Positions 18,190 to 27,777 of a DNA stretch of 64,000 nt are shown piece by piece. Position 1 is the stretch's first letter, and every line of letters starts with the position of its first letter. This DNA is from a bacterium (GTDB taxonomy: Bacteria > Synergistota > GBS-1). A program made the position numbers and the translations under genes. The notes under the pieces are model-generated. The model was given only the letters and a program-made list of their open reading frames with translations, was not told the DNA's origin and ran no database searches. The stretch is taken from contig JASKLF010000001.1 of NCBI GenBank assembly GCA_030153785.1, forward strand, positions 216,896 through 280,895. Reading direction: 5' to 3'.

Positions 18190-19272
18190 TCAACAGTATC
18201 TTTCCTTCATCTTACCTATAGCTTCCCAAAGGCCCAACAAATAAACAGCACCTAAAGCTCTATCGTAAAGGCCATATCCTGGGCGCCCCTTCTCCCCCCA
18301 TATCATCCTGCCATGATCAGGTCTTATATACCCCTCGTAATTTATATCATGAAAGGCTTTCATAACTTCAAACATATCATGAGAGCCGCAGAAGGAAGGA
18401 TGAGCCGTTTCGTAAAACTTACCGCGATTTTCTATTTTAAGGTTTCTCACATGCGCAAAGTGAATTCTCCCCATTTTACCAAAATATCTTATCATCTCCG
18501 GAATATTATTGTCAGGATTAGCACCAAGGGACCCCATACACAGAGTAATGCCGTTATAGGGGCTATCAACTGCCCTTAAGAAACGCTCTATGTTCTCCCT
18601 GTTGGTTACTATTCTCGGAAGGCCAAATATGCTCCATGGGGGATCATCAGGATGAATTGCAAGCTTAACATCGCACTCTTCACATGTGGGGATAACGGCC
18701 TTTAAAAAGTAAACGAAATTATCAAAGAGTTTAGCTTCGTCAACTTCCTTGTAAAGCTCAAAGGTCTCCTCAAGCTTGGCAAGCCTGTCCCACTCCCAAC
18801 CTGGAAGAACGAGGCCATGAGAACCTTCTTTAACTCGCTTAATTAACTCCTGAGGCGTGATGTTCTCTATCAAGCTATGATCGTATTCCATCGTCTCCGA
18901 GCCATCCGGCAATTTTCTATTAAGTTCCGTTCTCATCCAGTCAAACACGGGCATAAAGTTGTAGCAGATCACCTTAACCCCAACCTTAGATAGGTTTCTA
19001 ATCGTTTCTATGTAGTTTTCTATGTATCTCTCCCGCGTGGGAAGACCCAATTTGATATCCTCATGAACATTCACGCTCTCAATAACCTCAAGAGTTAAGC
19101 CAGCCTTTTCAACCACCTCTTTAAGATGCTTCACCTTTTCAAGCGGCCAAACTTCTCCGACAGGCACATCAAATAAAGCTCCAACAACACCTACAACACC
19201 CGGTATCTGCCTTATTTGCTCCAAAGTCACCGGGTCATTGTTCTCTCCATACCATCTAAAAACCATCTTCAT
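18190..19272 (-). CDS. uxuA: mannonate dehydratase
   Basis: 360 aa with a UxuA N-terminus (MKMVFRWYGENNDPVTLEQIRQIPGV) and the xylose-isomerase-like TIM barrel. Confidence 0.9.
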   Translation of the reverse strand: MKMVFRWYGENNDPVTLEQIRQIPGVVGVVGALFDVPVGEVWPLEKVKHLKEVVEKAGLTLEVIESVNVHEDIKLGLPTRERYIENYIETIRNLSKVGVKVICYNFMPVFDWMRTELNRKLPDGSETMEYDHSLIENITPQELIKRVKEGSHGLVLPGWEWDRLAKLEETFELYKEVDEAKLFDNFVYFLKAVIPTCEECDVKLAIHPDDPPWSIFGLPRIVTNRENIERFLRAVDSPYNGITLCMGSLGANPDNNIPEMIRYFGKMGRIHFAHVRNLKIENRGKFYETAHPSFCGSHDMFEVMKAFHDINYEGYIRPDHGRMIWGEKGRPGYGLYDRALGAVYLLGLWEAIGKMKERYC

Positions 19273-19277
19273 GCTCT

Positions 19278-20894
19278 TTATCCCCCCTCTACGACCTCCT
19301 TAAGAGTTGCTCTTACAGCCCCTGGACCCTTTATCATCTTGCTAAAGTATGCTTCTATCCTCTCTCCCAAGCCTACCTCATAAAGATTAACCCTAAATAG
19401 CTGAGGGCTTGAAAGGATCGGTTTTAACGCATCTCCAACGGAATCGGGCTCACCGAACTTAACTGAAGCAAGATATCCTCTTAAAGAGTCCAACAAAGGA
19501 TCTGGGCTAAGTTCCATTCTCTCTCCTTTATCGTCTATTCCCAGTAAGTATCTACACCAACCAGCTATGACCAAAGGAATATACCTTAAATCCCCTGGAG
19601 CGAGGCCCGGTTTCTCATAATAAGATTTGATGGTCTCCCCAAACCTTATCGGGACCTTTTGAGATGTATCCGTGGCGATCCTCTGTGGAGTATCGGGCAT
19701 GTATGGATTGGGAAGTCTCTCTTCGATAACCTCCTCTAAAAACTTCCTCGGGCTTATTATCTCGGGATCAACAACAACCCTCATGCCCTCCTCCCCAACG
19801 CCTCGCACAAGCTTCACTAAAAGCGGGTCTCTCATTTCCTCCGCAATAGTTTTATACCCCAAAAGACAGCCAAAGACGGCCAACGCTGTATGAAGAGGAT
19901 TGAGGCAAGCGGTGACCTTCATCCTCTCAGATTTTTCAACCTTCTCTCTATCGGTCAAAAACAAATTGGTATCGCTTCCCTCAAAGGGCGGTCTTCCGTT
20001 AGGAAAGCTATCTTCTATAACGAGATATTGAGCCCTCTCCATGTTAACAAAGGGAGCTATAAAGGTCTTCTTCTCGGTCACAACTATATCCATGCCTGAT
20101 AGACCAATCTCCTCAAGATGTTTTTTAACCATCTCTGAAGGCCTCGGAACTATCTTATCTATCATGCTCCATGGAAAGGCAACATCGTTCTCAAGATAAT
20201 CTAAAAACTCATCTTCAACCAAAAACCTCTTTACCCATTCCTTAACTATCCTTCTCACCGAAGAATACAATTTTTCACCATTTCTCGAAAAGTTATCCAA
20301 GCTAAGCATAGCTATTTGTAACCTTCCAGCCTTAAAACGCTCATAAAGAAGTGAAGCAACCTTGCCCATAGAGCTCTTAGGAAAAGTAGGCCCCTTCTCC
20401 ATATCCTCTAATACCACAGGGTAAAGCCTTCCCTCTTGATCTTCAAGGTTATACCCCTTTTCCGTAATGGTTAAAGATGCAAGCTGTAAAGACGAACTTT
20501 TAAATATTTCCTTAATCTCGTCCCAATCCTTGAAATTAGGGTCTCCCTTAAGGCCAACCGCTATGCTTCCTATTACCCTCTTGTCCAAGTTTCCATCGCT
20601 ATTTATGGTGACCGCCAAACACAGATTGTCGTAGGGATAATAAATTTTGTCTATTATCTCATAATCAAACAACTCAACCGCTATTATTCCCGTTTCTTCC
20701 CTCCCATTTTCTATCATATTTTGGGATATGCCTGCGATATAACCTCTGAAAATATTACCAGCTCCAAAGTGAACCCACCTTGGAGACTTTAAAGTTATCT
20801 CTCTTACTCTCTCTATCTCAAATTCGGGTAATCTAATTCCCACCTTAATCCAGGCTTCCCTATCTCTTAACCCCTTTAAACTGAGGGACAGCAC
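19278..20894 (-). CDS. uxuB: mannitol dehydrogenase family oxidoreductase (probable fructuronate reductase UxuB)
   Basis: 538 aa. It has an N-terminal Rossmann motif (HFGAGNIFRGYIAG), lies between kdgK and uxuA, and has the length of the long-chain mannitol DH family. Confidence 0.75.
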   Translation of the reverse strand: MLSLSLKGLRDREAWIKVGIRLPEFEIERVREITLKSPRWVHFGAGNIFRGYIAGISQNMIENGREETGIIAVELFDYEIIDKIYYPYDNLCLAVTINSDGNLDKRVIGSIAVGLKGDPNFKDWDEIKEIFKSSSLQLASLTITEKGYNLEDQEGRLYPVVLEDMEKGPTFPKSSMGKVASLLYERFKAGRLQIAMLSLDNFSRNGEKLYSSVRRIVKEWVKRFLVEDEFLDYLENDVAFPWSMIDKIVPRPSEMVKKHLEEIGLSGMDIVVTEKKTFIAPFVNMERAQYLVIEDSFPNGRPPFEGSDTNLFLTDREKVEKSERMKVTACLNPLHTALAVFGCLLGYKTIAEEMRDPLLVKLVRGVGEEGMRVVVDPEIISPRKFLEEVIEERLPNPYMPDTPQRIATDTSQKVPIRFGETIKSYYEKPGLAPGDLRYIPLVIAGWCRYLLGIDDKGERMELSPDPLLDSLRGYLASVKFGEPDSVGDALKPILSSPQLFRVNLYEVGLGERIEAYFSKMIKGPGAVRATLKEVVEGG

Positions 20895-20905
20895 CTTTTT
20901 TCACC

Positions 20906-21928
20906 TTACCTCTCGACTCGGCCAGAAGTAGCTCCTCCTGCAAGCTTTTCCACTTCATCCTCGCTTAAACAGGAAAAGTCACCAGGAATTGTATGCTTCA
21001 AGCAAGAGGCGGCACCAGCGAACTCGGCTTTCCTTTGAGAGTCATAACCTTTAAGGGTAGAGTATATTAAGCCTCCAGCGAAGCAGTCACCAGCCCCTAC
21101 CCTGTCAACTATGTAATGGATTTCGTATCTGTTAGAGAAATAGGGCTTCCCGTTTTCAAATACCATCACCGACCAGTAATTAACGGTGGCGGATAAGCTC
21201 TCTCTTAAAGTTATTCCTATAATCTCGAAGTTATATTTATTGCTTATCTTATCAGCAACATCAACATAAGCTTCTCTTATAATCTTACCTGTTTTGAGAT
21301 CCAAGCCCTCTATATGGATGCCTAAAACCTTCTCTATATCCTCCTCATTCGCAATAAGAACATCCACATAATCCATAAAAGGTAACATAACCCTTTGAGC
21401 CTCCTCCTTGCTCCAAAGCTTAGCCCTAAAGTTCAAGTCACAGCTAATCTTTACTCCCTTACTTTTAGCAACCTCAAGGGCATCTTTGACTATGAGCGGT
21501 AACTCCTTTCCCAAAGGAGGAGTTATCCCGGAAAAGTGAAACCACTTAGCCCCATCGAGTATCTTCTCCCAATCAAAGTCCTCCCTTTTAGCAAGCGATA
21601 TAGCCGAACCCGCTCTATCGTAGAGGACCTTACTTGCCCTTTGAGAGGCACCAATCTCTAAGAAGTAAATACCAATCCTGTTTCCTCCCCTTGCAATATA
21701 ATCCGTCCTAACTCCATATTTCCTCAAATGTCCAATAGCTGCATCCCCCAAGGGATTTTTAGGAAGCTTAGTAACAAAAAAGGCATCAAGCCCCATCTGC
21801 GCAAGGAAGGCAGCTACGTTAGCCTCAGCCCCACCGTATGTAACATCAAAGCTACTCGCTTGAAACAGTCTTTCATGATTTGGAGGACTCAACCTTAGCA
21901 TTATCTCACCAAAAGTCACTACCTTCAT
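20906..21928 (-). CDS. kdgK: 2-dehydro-3-deoxygluconokinase (PfkB family)
   Basis: The PfkB motif (FGEIMLRLSP), the C-terminal DRVGAGDCFAGGLIY motif, and the hexuronate operon context all fit. Confidence 0.85.
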   Translation of the reverse strand: MKVVTFGEIMLRLSPPNHERLFQASSFDVTYGGAEANVAAFLAQMGLDAFFVTKLPKNPLGDAAIGHLRKYGVRTDYIARGGNRIGIYFLEIGASQRASKVLYDRAGSAISLAKREDFDWEKILDGAKWFHFSGITPPLGKELPLIVKDALEVAKSKGVKISCDLNFRAKLWSKEEAQRVMLPFMDYVDVLIANEEDIEKVLGIHIEGLDLKTGKIIREAYVDVADKISNKYNFEIIGITLRESLSATVNYWSVMVFENGKPYFSNRYEIHYIVDRVGAGDCFAGGLIYSTLKGYDSQRKAEFAGAASCLKHTIPGDFSCLSEDEVEKLAGGATSGRVER

Positions 21929-21944
21929 CCAATATACCCCCTCC

Positions 21945-23870
21945 TTATCCAGAGATTTTCATAAAAGTTTCCCCCAGGAACATGGTAAACCAGGGGATAT
22001 AAGTCACTAAAAGGAGAACAACTATCATGGCCAAATAGAAGGGCCATAGGGCCCCTAATATTTCCTCCACCTTTGCCTTTCCTATCGCACACCCCAAAAA
22101 CAGGGTGTTTCCCACAGGAGGCGTACAAAGACCGATAGAAAGGTTAATAAGGAGGATGATCCCAAACTGAATGGGCGACCAGCCCATCTTCGTCACTATC
22201 GGGAGGAGTATAGGAGTCATTATTAAAATTAACGGTGCCATATCCATAACCATACCAAGAACTAACAATAGCCCATTTATAAGAAGCATGAGAAGATACT
22301 TGTTCTCTGTTATGTTAACCAGGACACTCGCCACGGTCTTAGGCACGCTAAGATAGGCCATAAGGTAGCCAAACGCTGAAGCATTGGCTATTAAGAAAAG
22401 AACCATTGCAGAGGTAGAAACGGAAATCCTCGAAATCCTCGCTATATCCTTAATTCTCATACCTTTATAGATTAGGAGAGCAACAAAAAGAGCATAGGTT
22501 GCAGCTATAACGGAAGCCTCCGTGGCCGTAAAGACACCAAAAGCTATCCCAAAGATTATGATCAAGGCCACAAGCAAACCTAAAAAGGAATCCCTAAAAC
22601 TTAGCAAGGCCTCTTTAAAAGTATATCTTTCCGTCATCACAGGATAGTTTCTTCGCCTGGAAACTATATAAGCGGCTATCATCTGAGCCACACCTATCAT
22701 AATTCCAGGTATGTAACCTGCCATAAAAAGAGCTCCTATTGAAACGCCGCCAGCTGCAAGAGAGTATATAATCATGTTATGGCTGGGCGGAATTATTATT
22801 CCCAAAGTTGCAGAAGTCACAGTTACTCCTATCGAAAAGTCTCTATCATACCCCTCTTTAACCATAGCGGGTATCAAGATAGACCCAATAGAAGAGACAT
22901 CAGCTGCCGAAGAACCGGAAACGCCCCCGAAAAACATGCTGGCCAAAATATTCACCATCGCCAGCCCACCACGAATTCTTCCCACAAGTATCTTGGAAAA
23001 TTCTATTATCTTCTCCGTTATCCCTCCTTCGGTCATTATCTGACCAGCAAGTATAAAAAAGGGAATAGCCAGAAGCATTACCGAGCTTGCACCTGAAGAA
23101 AATCTTTGCAAAATAACAGGTAAAGGAATCCCAAGGTGAAGTGCGGTTAACATGGCCGAAAATCCAAGGCTTAAGGATATAGACATTCCAACAATCATAA
23201 GGAGGAAGAAGGTGGAAAACAGAACAATCGTGCCCCTCATATTCCTCGGTAGATCCGCAAATGACCCTAAACCCAACAAAGTTCCAACATCTAAGGCTAA
23301 CAAGACGAAAAGCAAAGTCAAAACTAAAAAGCGCCATCTTATAGATGGACTTGAAAGGTCAACCTCAAAGCTTCCATATTCCCATAATCCCTTCAGGAGC
23401 CCCAATATAACCAAAACACCACATAAAAAAACGGGTATATATATCCACGCTATTGATATCCCCAAAACGGGAAGAACATTGGGCAACCTGCGCGCAAGAA
23501 TAAAGCCGTACCTGGCCAGTAAGAAACCATAAAGTAGGCTTAAAACTAAGATTAAAAAATTAAGAAACTTCCTTTCCTTAAAAGTAAAAGCTTTAAGGAA
23601 TAGCTCTATCCTCATATGAAGACCACTTTGAACCCCCAAACCGGACCTCAGAAACGCAAGCCAAACCAAAAGAAGGCTTCCAAGTTCCTCGGCAAATGTC
23701 AACGGAGCGGCGAAAAGATACCGTCCCACTACATGGACGAAAAACACAATCCATATAGAAAATAATCCCCCAACTTCAAAAATTTCTATACCCCTTTCAG
23801 CAAGCCAAAACATCTTCTTCATAAGATCCCATACCCCCCTGAGATATAAAGGTGGGGGCCAATATCTCAT
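21945..23870 (-). CDS. dctM: TRAP transporter fused permease (DctQ-DctM fusion)
   Basis: 641 aa. An N-terminal DctQ-like 4-TM module is followed by a 12-TM DctM module. The real start is probably MKKMFW at about 23822. Confidence 0.85.
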   Translation of the reverse strand: MRYWPPPLYLRGVWDLMKKMFWLAERGIEIFEVGGLFSIWIVFFVHVVGRYLFAAPLTFAEELGSLLLVWLAFLRSGLGVQSGLHMRIELFLKAFTFKERKFLNFLILVLSLLYGFLLARYGFILARRLPNVLPVLGISIAWIYIPVFLCGVLVILGLLKGLWEYGSFEVDLSSPSIRWRFLVLTLLFVLLALDVGTLLGLGSFADLPRNMRGTIVLFSTFFLLMIVGMSISLSLGFSAMLTALHLGIPLPVILQRFSSGASSVMLLAIPFFILAGQIMTEGGITEKIIEFSKILVGRIRGGLAMVNILASMFFGGVSGSSAADVSSIGSILIPAMVKEGYDRDFSIGVTVTSATLGIIIPPSHNMIIYSLAAGGVSIGALFMAGYIPGIMIGVAQMIAAYIVSRRRNYPVMTERYTFKEALLSFRDSFLGLLVALIIIFGIAFGVFTATEASVIAATYALFVALLIYKGMRIKDIARISRISVSTSAMVLFLIANASAFGYLMAYLSVPKTVASVLVNITENKYLLMLLINGLLLVLGMVMDMAPLILIMTPILLPIVTKMGWSPIQFGIILLINLSIGLCTPPVGNTLFLGCAIGKAKVEEILGALWPFYLAMIVVLLLVTYIPWFTMFLGETFMKISG

Positions 23871-23894
23871 TTGGCCCCCTAAGCATCGACAGAA

Positions 23895-24863
23895 CTATTT
23901 AACCGCCAATATTTTGTTTATAAGGTTTTTATACTTGGAGTATTCCTCATAGAAAGGCTGCATAGCCTTCTGAAAGAGAGATTTATCCGGATTGTATATC
24001 TTTGCCCCTCCCTCTTGAACAGCCTTAAGGCTTCTCTCCTCATACTGCTGCCATAAAATCCTCTCATAAACGGAAGAAGCATGAGCAGCTACCTTAAGTA
24101 TCATCCTCTCCTCAGGCGTAAATTTCTCCCAAACGGACTTAGACATAACAACGAGCTCAGGAATTCGCGTATGTTCATCCAAACTGTAATGTTTGGCCAC
24201 TTCATAGTGTTTCATCTCATAATAGCTTGGAGGATTATTCTCAGCACCATCTACAACACCTGTCTGGAGAGCCGTGTAAACCTCTGCAAAGGGAATATGT
24301 ACTGCCGCCCCTTTAAGGAACTTAACCATGTTAGTCAAAACAGGAGATTCCGGAACTCTTATCTTCAATCCCTTAACATCTTCAGGCTTCATTATGGGCC
24401 CTTTGATGGTATAGAAGCTCCTTGCCCCCGCCTCATACCAGCATAGAGCGACAAGTCCCACATCCTTCAAAAGCCCATCTACAAGCTCCTGACCAGGAGC
24501 TCCAAGAATGGTCTTCCATTGATGGTCATAATCCCTAAAAAGATACGGCAAGGACAATATCCCCATCGGCTCATAGAATCCTGCCAAGGTCAGCGTCGAA
24601 CATCTAACCATTTCTATAGCTCCAAGAATAGCTTGTTCTACTGTTTCCTTCTCCGAACCCAATTGTGAACCCGTATAAACTTCAACCTTGTACTTACCTT
24701 CGGTCATCTCCTCAATAACCTTACCAAGAAGCTTAACTCCTTCGACGGTTGGATATCCCTCCACATGGTTATCTGCAGACTTTAAGACCGTCTGGGCTTG
24801 AGCCCATGCAACTCCCGAAACTACCAATACCAAACTCAATAACACCACCAAAAGCTTCTTCAT
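23895..24863 (-). CDS. dctP: TRAP transporter substrate-binding protein (DctP family)
   Basis: It has a signal peptide (MKKLLVVLLSLVLVVSGVAWAQA) and the DctP fold sequence. It is the first gene of the uronate operon. Confidence 0.85.
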   Translation of the reverse strand: MKKLLVVLLSLVLVVSGVAWAQAQTVLKSADNHVEGYPTVEGVKLLGKVIEEMTEGKYKVEVYTGSQLGSEKETVEQAILGAIEMVRCSTLTLAGFYEPMGILSLPYLFRDYDHQWKTILGAPGQELVDGLLKDVGLVALCWYEAGARSFYTIKGPIMKPEDVKGLKIRVPESPVLTNMVKFLKGAAVHIPFAEVYTALQTGVVDGAENNPPSYYEMKHYEVAKHYSLDEHTRIPELVVMSKSVWEKFTPEERMILKVAAHASSVYERILWQQYEERSLKAVQEGGAKIYNPDKSLFQKAMQPFYEEYSKYKNLINKILAVK

Positions 24864-24943
24864 GCCTACCCCCCCTTTTGTATACTAGCATTCTTACCAC
24901 AATTTTATCATAAATATTCTCTAAAGGACAAAGTTATAAAAAA

Positions 24944-25684
24944 TTAGTAACCAAGTTTCTTGGAAATCTCTTCCGCAGCGCTCTTTAAGGCGGATATACA
25001 ATCCTCTATCAACTTACCTGTTAGTCTTTGAGCTGCCCCTGAAACGCTCATACCAGCGACGGGATAACCATTATGGTCGAAAATAGGAACTCCTATACAT
25101 CTTATACCCACCTCATTTTCCTCGTTGTCAATGGCATACCCTAACTCCCTTATCTTTCGAAGCTCCTCCTTGAGCTTCTCAGGATCAGTTATCGTGTTGG
25201 GCGTCTTCCGTTCCAACCTCACCATGGAAAGATACTCCTCAAGCTCTTCCTTGGGAAGATGAGCAAGTATTGCCTTTCCTGAAGCAGCAGAATAAAGCTG
25301 TATCTTCATTCCAACCCTTGACACCATAGGAATACTATATACTCCCTCTACCTTGTCTATATAGACTCCCTCAAGGCCATCCTTAATCACCAAGTGGACG
25401 GTTTGCCCCGTTTTGGACATTACATCCACAAGATAGGGATGAGCTATCTCTCTTAAATCTATCTTTCTTAAAACCATAGCGCCATATTCCGCCAACTTAT
25501 ACCCCGGAACATACTTCTTATCTCTTTTCCTGGTTACAAACCCATACTCTTCGAAAACCCTCAGATACTTGTAAGCATTGGAAACGCTCATTTTAAACTT
25601 TCTCGCCACATCGCTTACACTTACATCACCAGGCGAAGAAACCAGATAATCAAGTATCTCAATAGCCCTCCTTAACGTGTTCAC
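24944..25684 (-). CDS. kdgR: IclR family transcriptional regulator (KdgR-like)
   Basis: It has an N-terminal wHTH (DVARKFKMSVSNAYKYLRVFEEYGFV) and a C-terminal IclR effector domain. It is divergent from uxaC. Confidence 0.8.
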   Translation of the reverse strand: MNTLRRAIEILDYLVSSPGDVSVSDVARKFKMSVSNAYKYLRVFEEYGFVTRKRDKKYVPGYKLAEYGAMVLRKIDLREIAHPYLVDVMSKTGQTVHLVIKDGLEGVYIDKVEGVYSIPMVSRVGMKIQLYSAASGKAILAHLPKEELEEYLSMVRLERKTPNTITDPEKLKEELRKIRELGYAIDNEENEVGIRCIGVPIFDHNGYPVAGMSVSGAAQRLTGKLIEDCISALKSAAEEISKKLGY

Positions 25685-25740
25685 CCATTCTCCCCCTCCT
25701 TAACGGTGACAAAGCCATATGTTACTATTATAATACCATT

Positions 25741-25766
25741 AAGAAAGTGATTTTCATATTCTTGAA
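25741..25766. promoter_or_regulatory. candidate KdgR/IclR operator (imperfect palindrome GAAAgtgatTTTCat) in the kdgR-uxaC divergent region
   Basis: AAGAAAGTGATTTTCATATTCTTGAA has GAAA/TTTC half-sites 5 nt apart. Its position is right for a regulator box, but the assignment is by analogy only. Confidence 0.25.
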
Positions 25767-25775
25767 TGAGGGGGT

Positions 25776-27146
25776 GTGAAAATGTTTTTAGGAGAAAATT
25801 ACCTATTAACAAACGAAACCAGTAAAAAAATTTATGAAAGCATCCAAAATCTCCCTATTTTAGACCTACACAATCATCTTGAGGCAAAGGAAATCGTAGA
25901 GAACAAAAACTGGAATGACCTATGGGAAGTAGAGGGAGCTACGGACCACTATGTGTGGAGCTTGATGAGAAGATGCGGAGTCAATGAAGAATATATAACG
26001 GGGAAAAGAAGTAATAGAGAAAAATGGCTTGCCCTTGCAAAAATATTTCCGTGCCTTGTAGGAAACCCAACATACGAGTGGATCCATCTTGATCTATGGA
26101 GACTACTAAAAATTAAAAAGATAATATCAGAAGAAACAGCTGAGGAAATTTGGGAGGAAAGCAAAGAAGTGCTGGCAAAGGAAGAGTTCAAGCCCCGAAG
26201 CGTGTTGAACAAGATAAGGGCTGAAGCTCTATGCACAACAGATGACCCCATCTCAGATTTAAGCTATCACAAAAGGGCGTCTCAGGAAATTAAGGAGTTT
26301 AAAATGCTTCCAACATGGAGACCCGATAACGCAATGAATATAGAAAAGGAAGAATGGAAAAACTATGTAATAAGATTAGGGGACGTTTACAACGAAGATG
26401 TTTCAGACTTGGATGGTTTTTTAGAAGCCTTATGGAAATCCCACGAACAATTCGAAGAAAACGGATGTATCGGAAGCGATCACGCCCTACTCAACCCTCT
26501 AATCTACTTTGTTGAAAGAAAGAGGGCAGAAGAAATATATAAGAAGGCTATCTCGGGAGAAAGTCTTGAGGAAGAGGAAATAAACGACTTTAAGGCTTTC
26601 ATGATGATCGAGTTCGGCAAGATGAATGAGGAAAAAGGTTGGGTAACCCAGCTTCATATCGGTGCACTAAGGGATTACAGAAAAAGCCTTTTCGAAACGC
26701 TTGGGCCTAACTCTGGCGGAGATATATCCACGAATTTCATAGAGATAGCAGAGGGACTGAGGTTTTTTCTGAACGAGTTTGATAGTAGACTTAAAATAAT
26801 TCTGTATGTCCTCGACCCCACCCATCTTCCAACCATAGCAACCATTGCAAGAGCCTTTCCCAACGTTTTCTTGGGAGCCCCATGGTGGTTTAACGACAGC
26901 CCTTATGGTATGGAAACCTACCTTAAATATGTAGCTACCGTAGATATCCTATACAACCTTGCTGGAATGGTTACAGATTCAAGAAAACTATTCTCCTTCG
27001 GTTCCAGAATAGAGGTATTCAGGAGAGTTCTTTCAAGCGTTTTGGGAGAAATGGTAGAAAAGGGACAGATACCATACAGGGAAGCCGTGAAGCTTGCTGA
27101 GCGAATATCTTACAGCGGACCTAAGGAGCTCTTTTTCAAACTTTGA
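25776..27146 (+). CDS. uxaC: glucuronate isomerase
   Basis: The UxaC N-terminus is present (FLGENYLLTNETSKKIYESIQNLPILDLHNHL). It is 456 aa. The ATG at 25782 is an alternative start. Confidence 0.9.
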   Translation: MKMFLGENYLLTNETSKKIYESIQNLPILDLHNHLEAKEIVENKNWNDLWEVEGATDHYVWSLMRRCGVNEEYITGKRSNREKWLALAKIFPCLVGNPTYEWIHLDLWRLLKIKKIISEETAEEIWEESKEVLAKEEFKPRSVLNKIRAEALCTTDDPISDLSYHKRASQEIKEFKMLPTWRPDNAMNIEKEEWKNYVIRLGDVYNEDVSDLDGFLEALWKSHEQFEENGCIGSDHALLNPLIYFVERKRAEEIYKKAISGESLEEEEINDFKAFMMIEFGKMNEEKGWVTQLHIGALRDYRKSLFETLGPNSGGDISTNFIEIAEGLRFFLNEFDSRLKIILYVLDPTHLPTIATIARAFPNVFLGAPWWFNDSPYGMETYLKYVATVDILYNLAGMVTDSRKLFSFGSRIEVFRRVLSSVLGEMVEKGQIPYREAVKLAERISYSGPKELFFKL

Positions 27147-27159
27147 TATAATATGATAC

Positions 27160-27777
27160 ATGAGCTTTGATCTATCCCTTAAAAATATTCCGGTAGAGAT
27201 AAAGAAAGAAGAGGTCCGAAGATATCTGGGAGAATACAAAGGAATAACCGAAACCCCTTCAGAAATAAACCTATTGATAGAAAGATTAATTATACTTTCA
27301 AAAACCTTAATTTCTCCTTCGGCAATTTCAAGAAGTTATCCAATAACCGCCAAAGGAGAAAACGTTATAGAAACAGAAGCGTTCGAGCTACCGGGGCGAG
27401 ACATTGCAAGACTTCTTAAGGATTCCATCGAAGTTATACTCTGTGCAACCACGATAGGAAATGAGCTTGAAGAAGAGATAAACAGCCTTTTGGAGAAGAA
27501 AAAAGTCCTTGAGGCTACCATCCTTGATGCCATAGGATCAACCGCTGCAGACACAGCTATGGACTACTTAAACAATCTCCTTAAAGCAGAAGCAACGCGA
27601 AAAGGACTAAGCTTAACAAGAAGGTATAGCCCTGGATATGGAGACTTTCCCCTCCTCATTCAGGAAAAGCTGATTGAGTTTTCGGGAGGAAAGTCTCTTG
27701 GTATAAGGGTTTCCCCATCATACATACTTATCCCAAGAAAATCTGTTACAGCCGTAATAGGGGTGATGAAAGGTTGA
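27160..27777 (+). CDS. methionine synthase activation (reactivation/AdoMet-binding) domain protein, stand-alone
   Basis: 205 aa with a Met_synt_B12-like sequence (RRYSPGYGDFPL...). It overlaps the metH start by 4 nt. Confidence 0.7.
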   Translation: MSFDLSLKNIPVEIKKEEVRRYLGEYKGITETPSEINLLIERLIILSKTLISPSAISRSYPITAKGENVIETEAFELPGRDIARLLKDSIEVILCATTIGNELEEEINSLLEKKKVLEATILDAIGSTAADTAMDYLNNLLKAEATRKGLSLTRRYSPGYGDFPLLIQEKLIEFSGGKSLGIRVSPSYILIPRKSVTAVIGVMKG

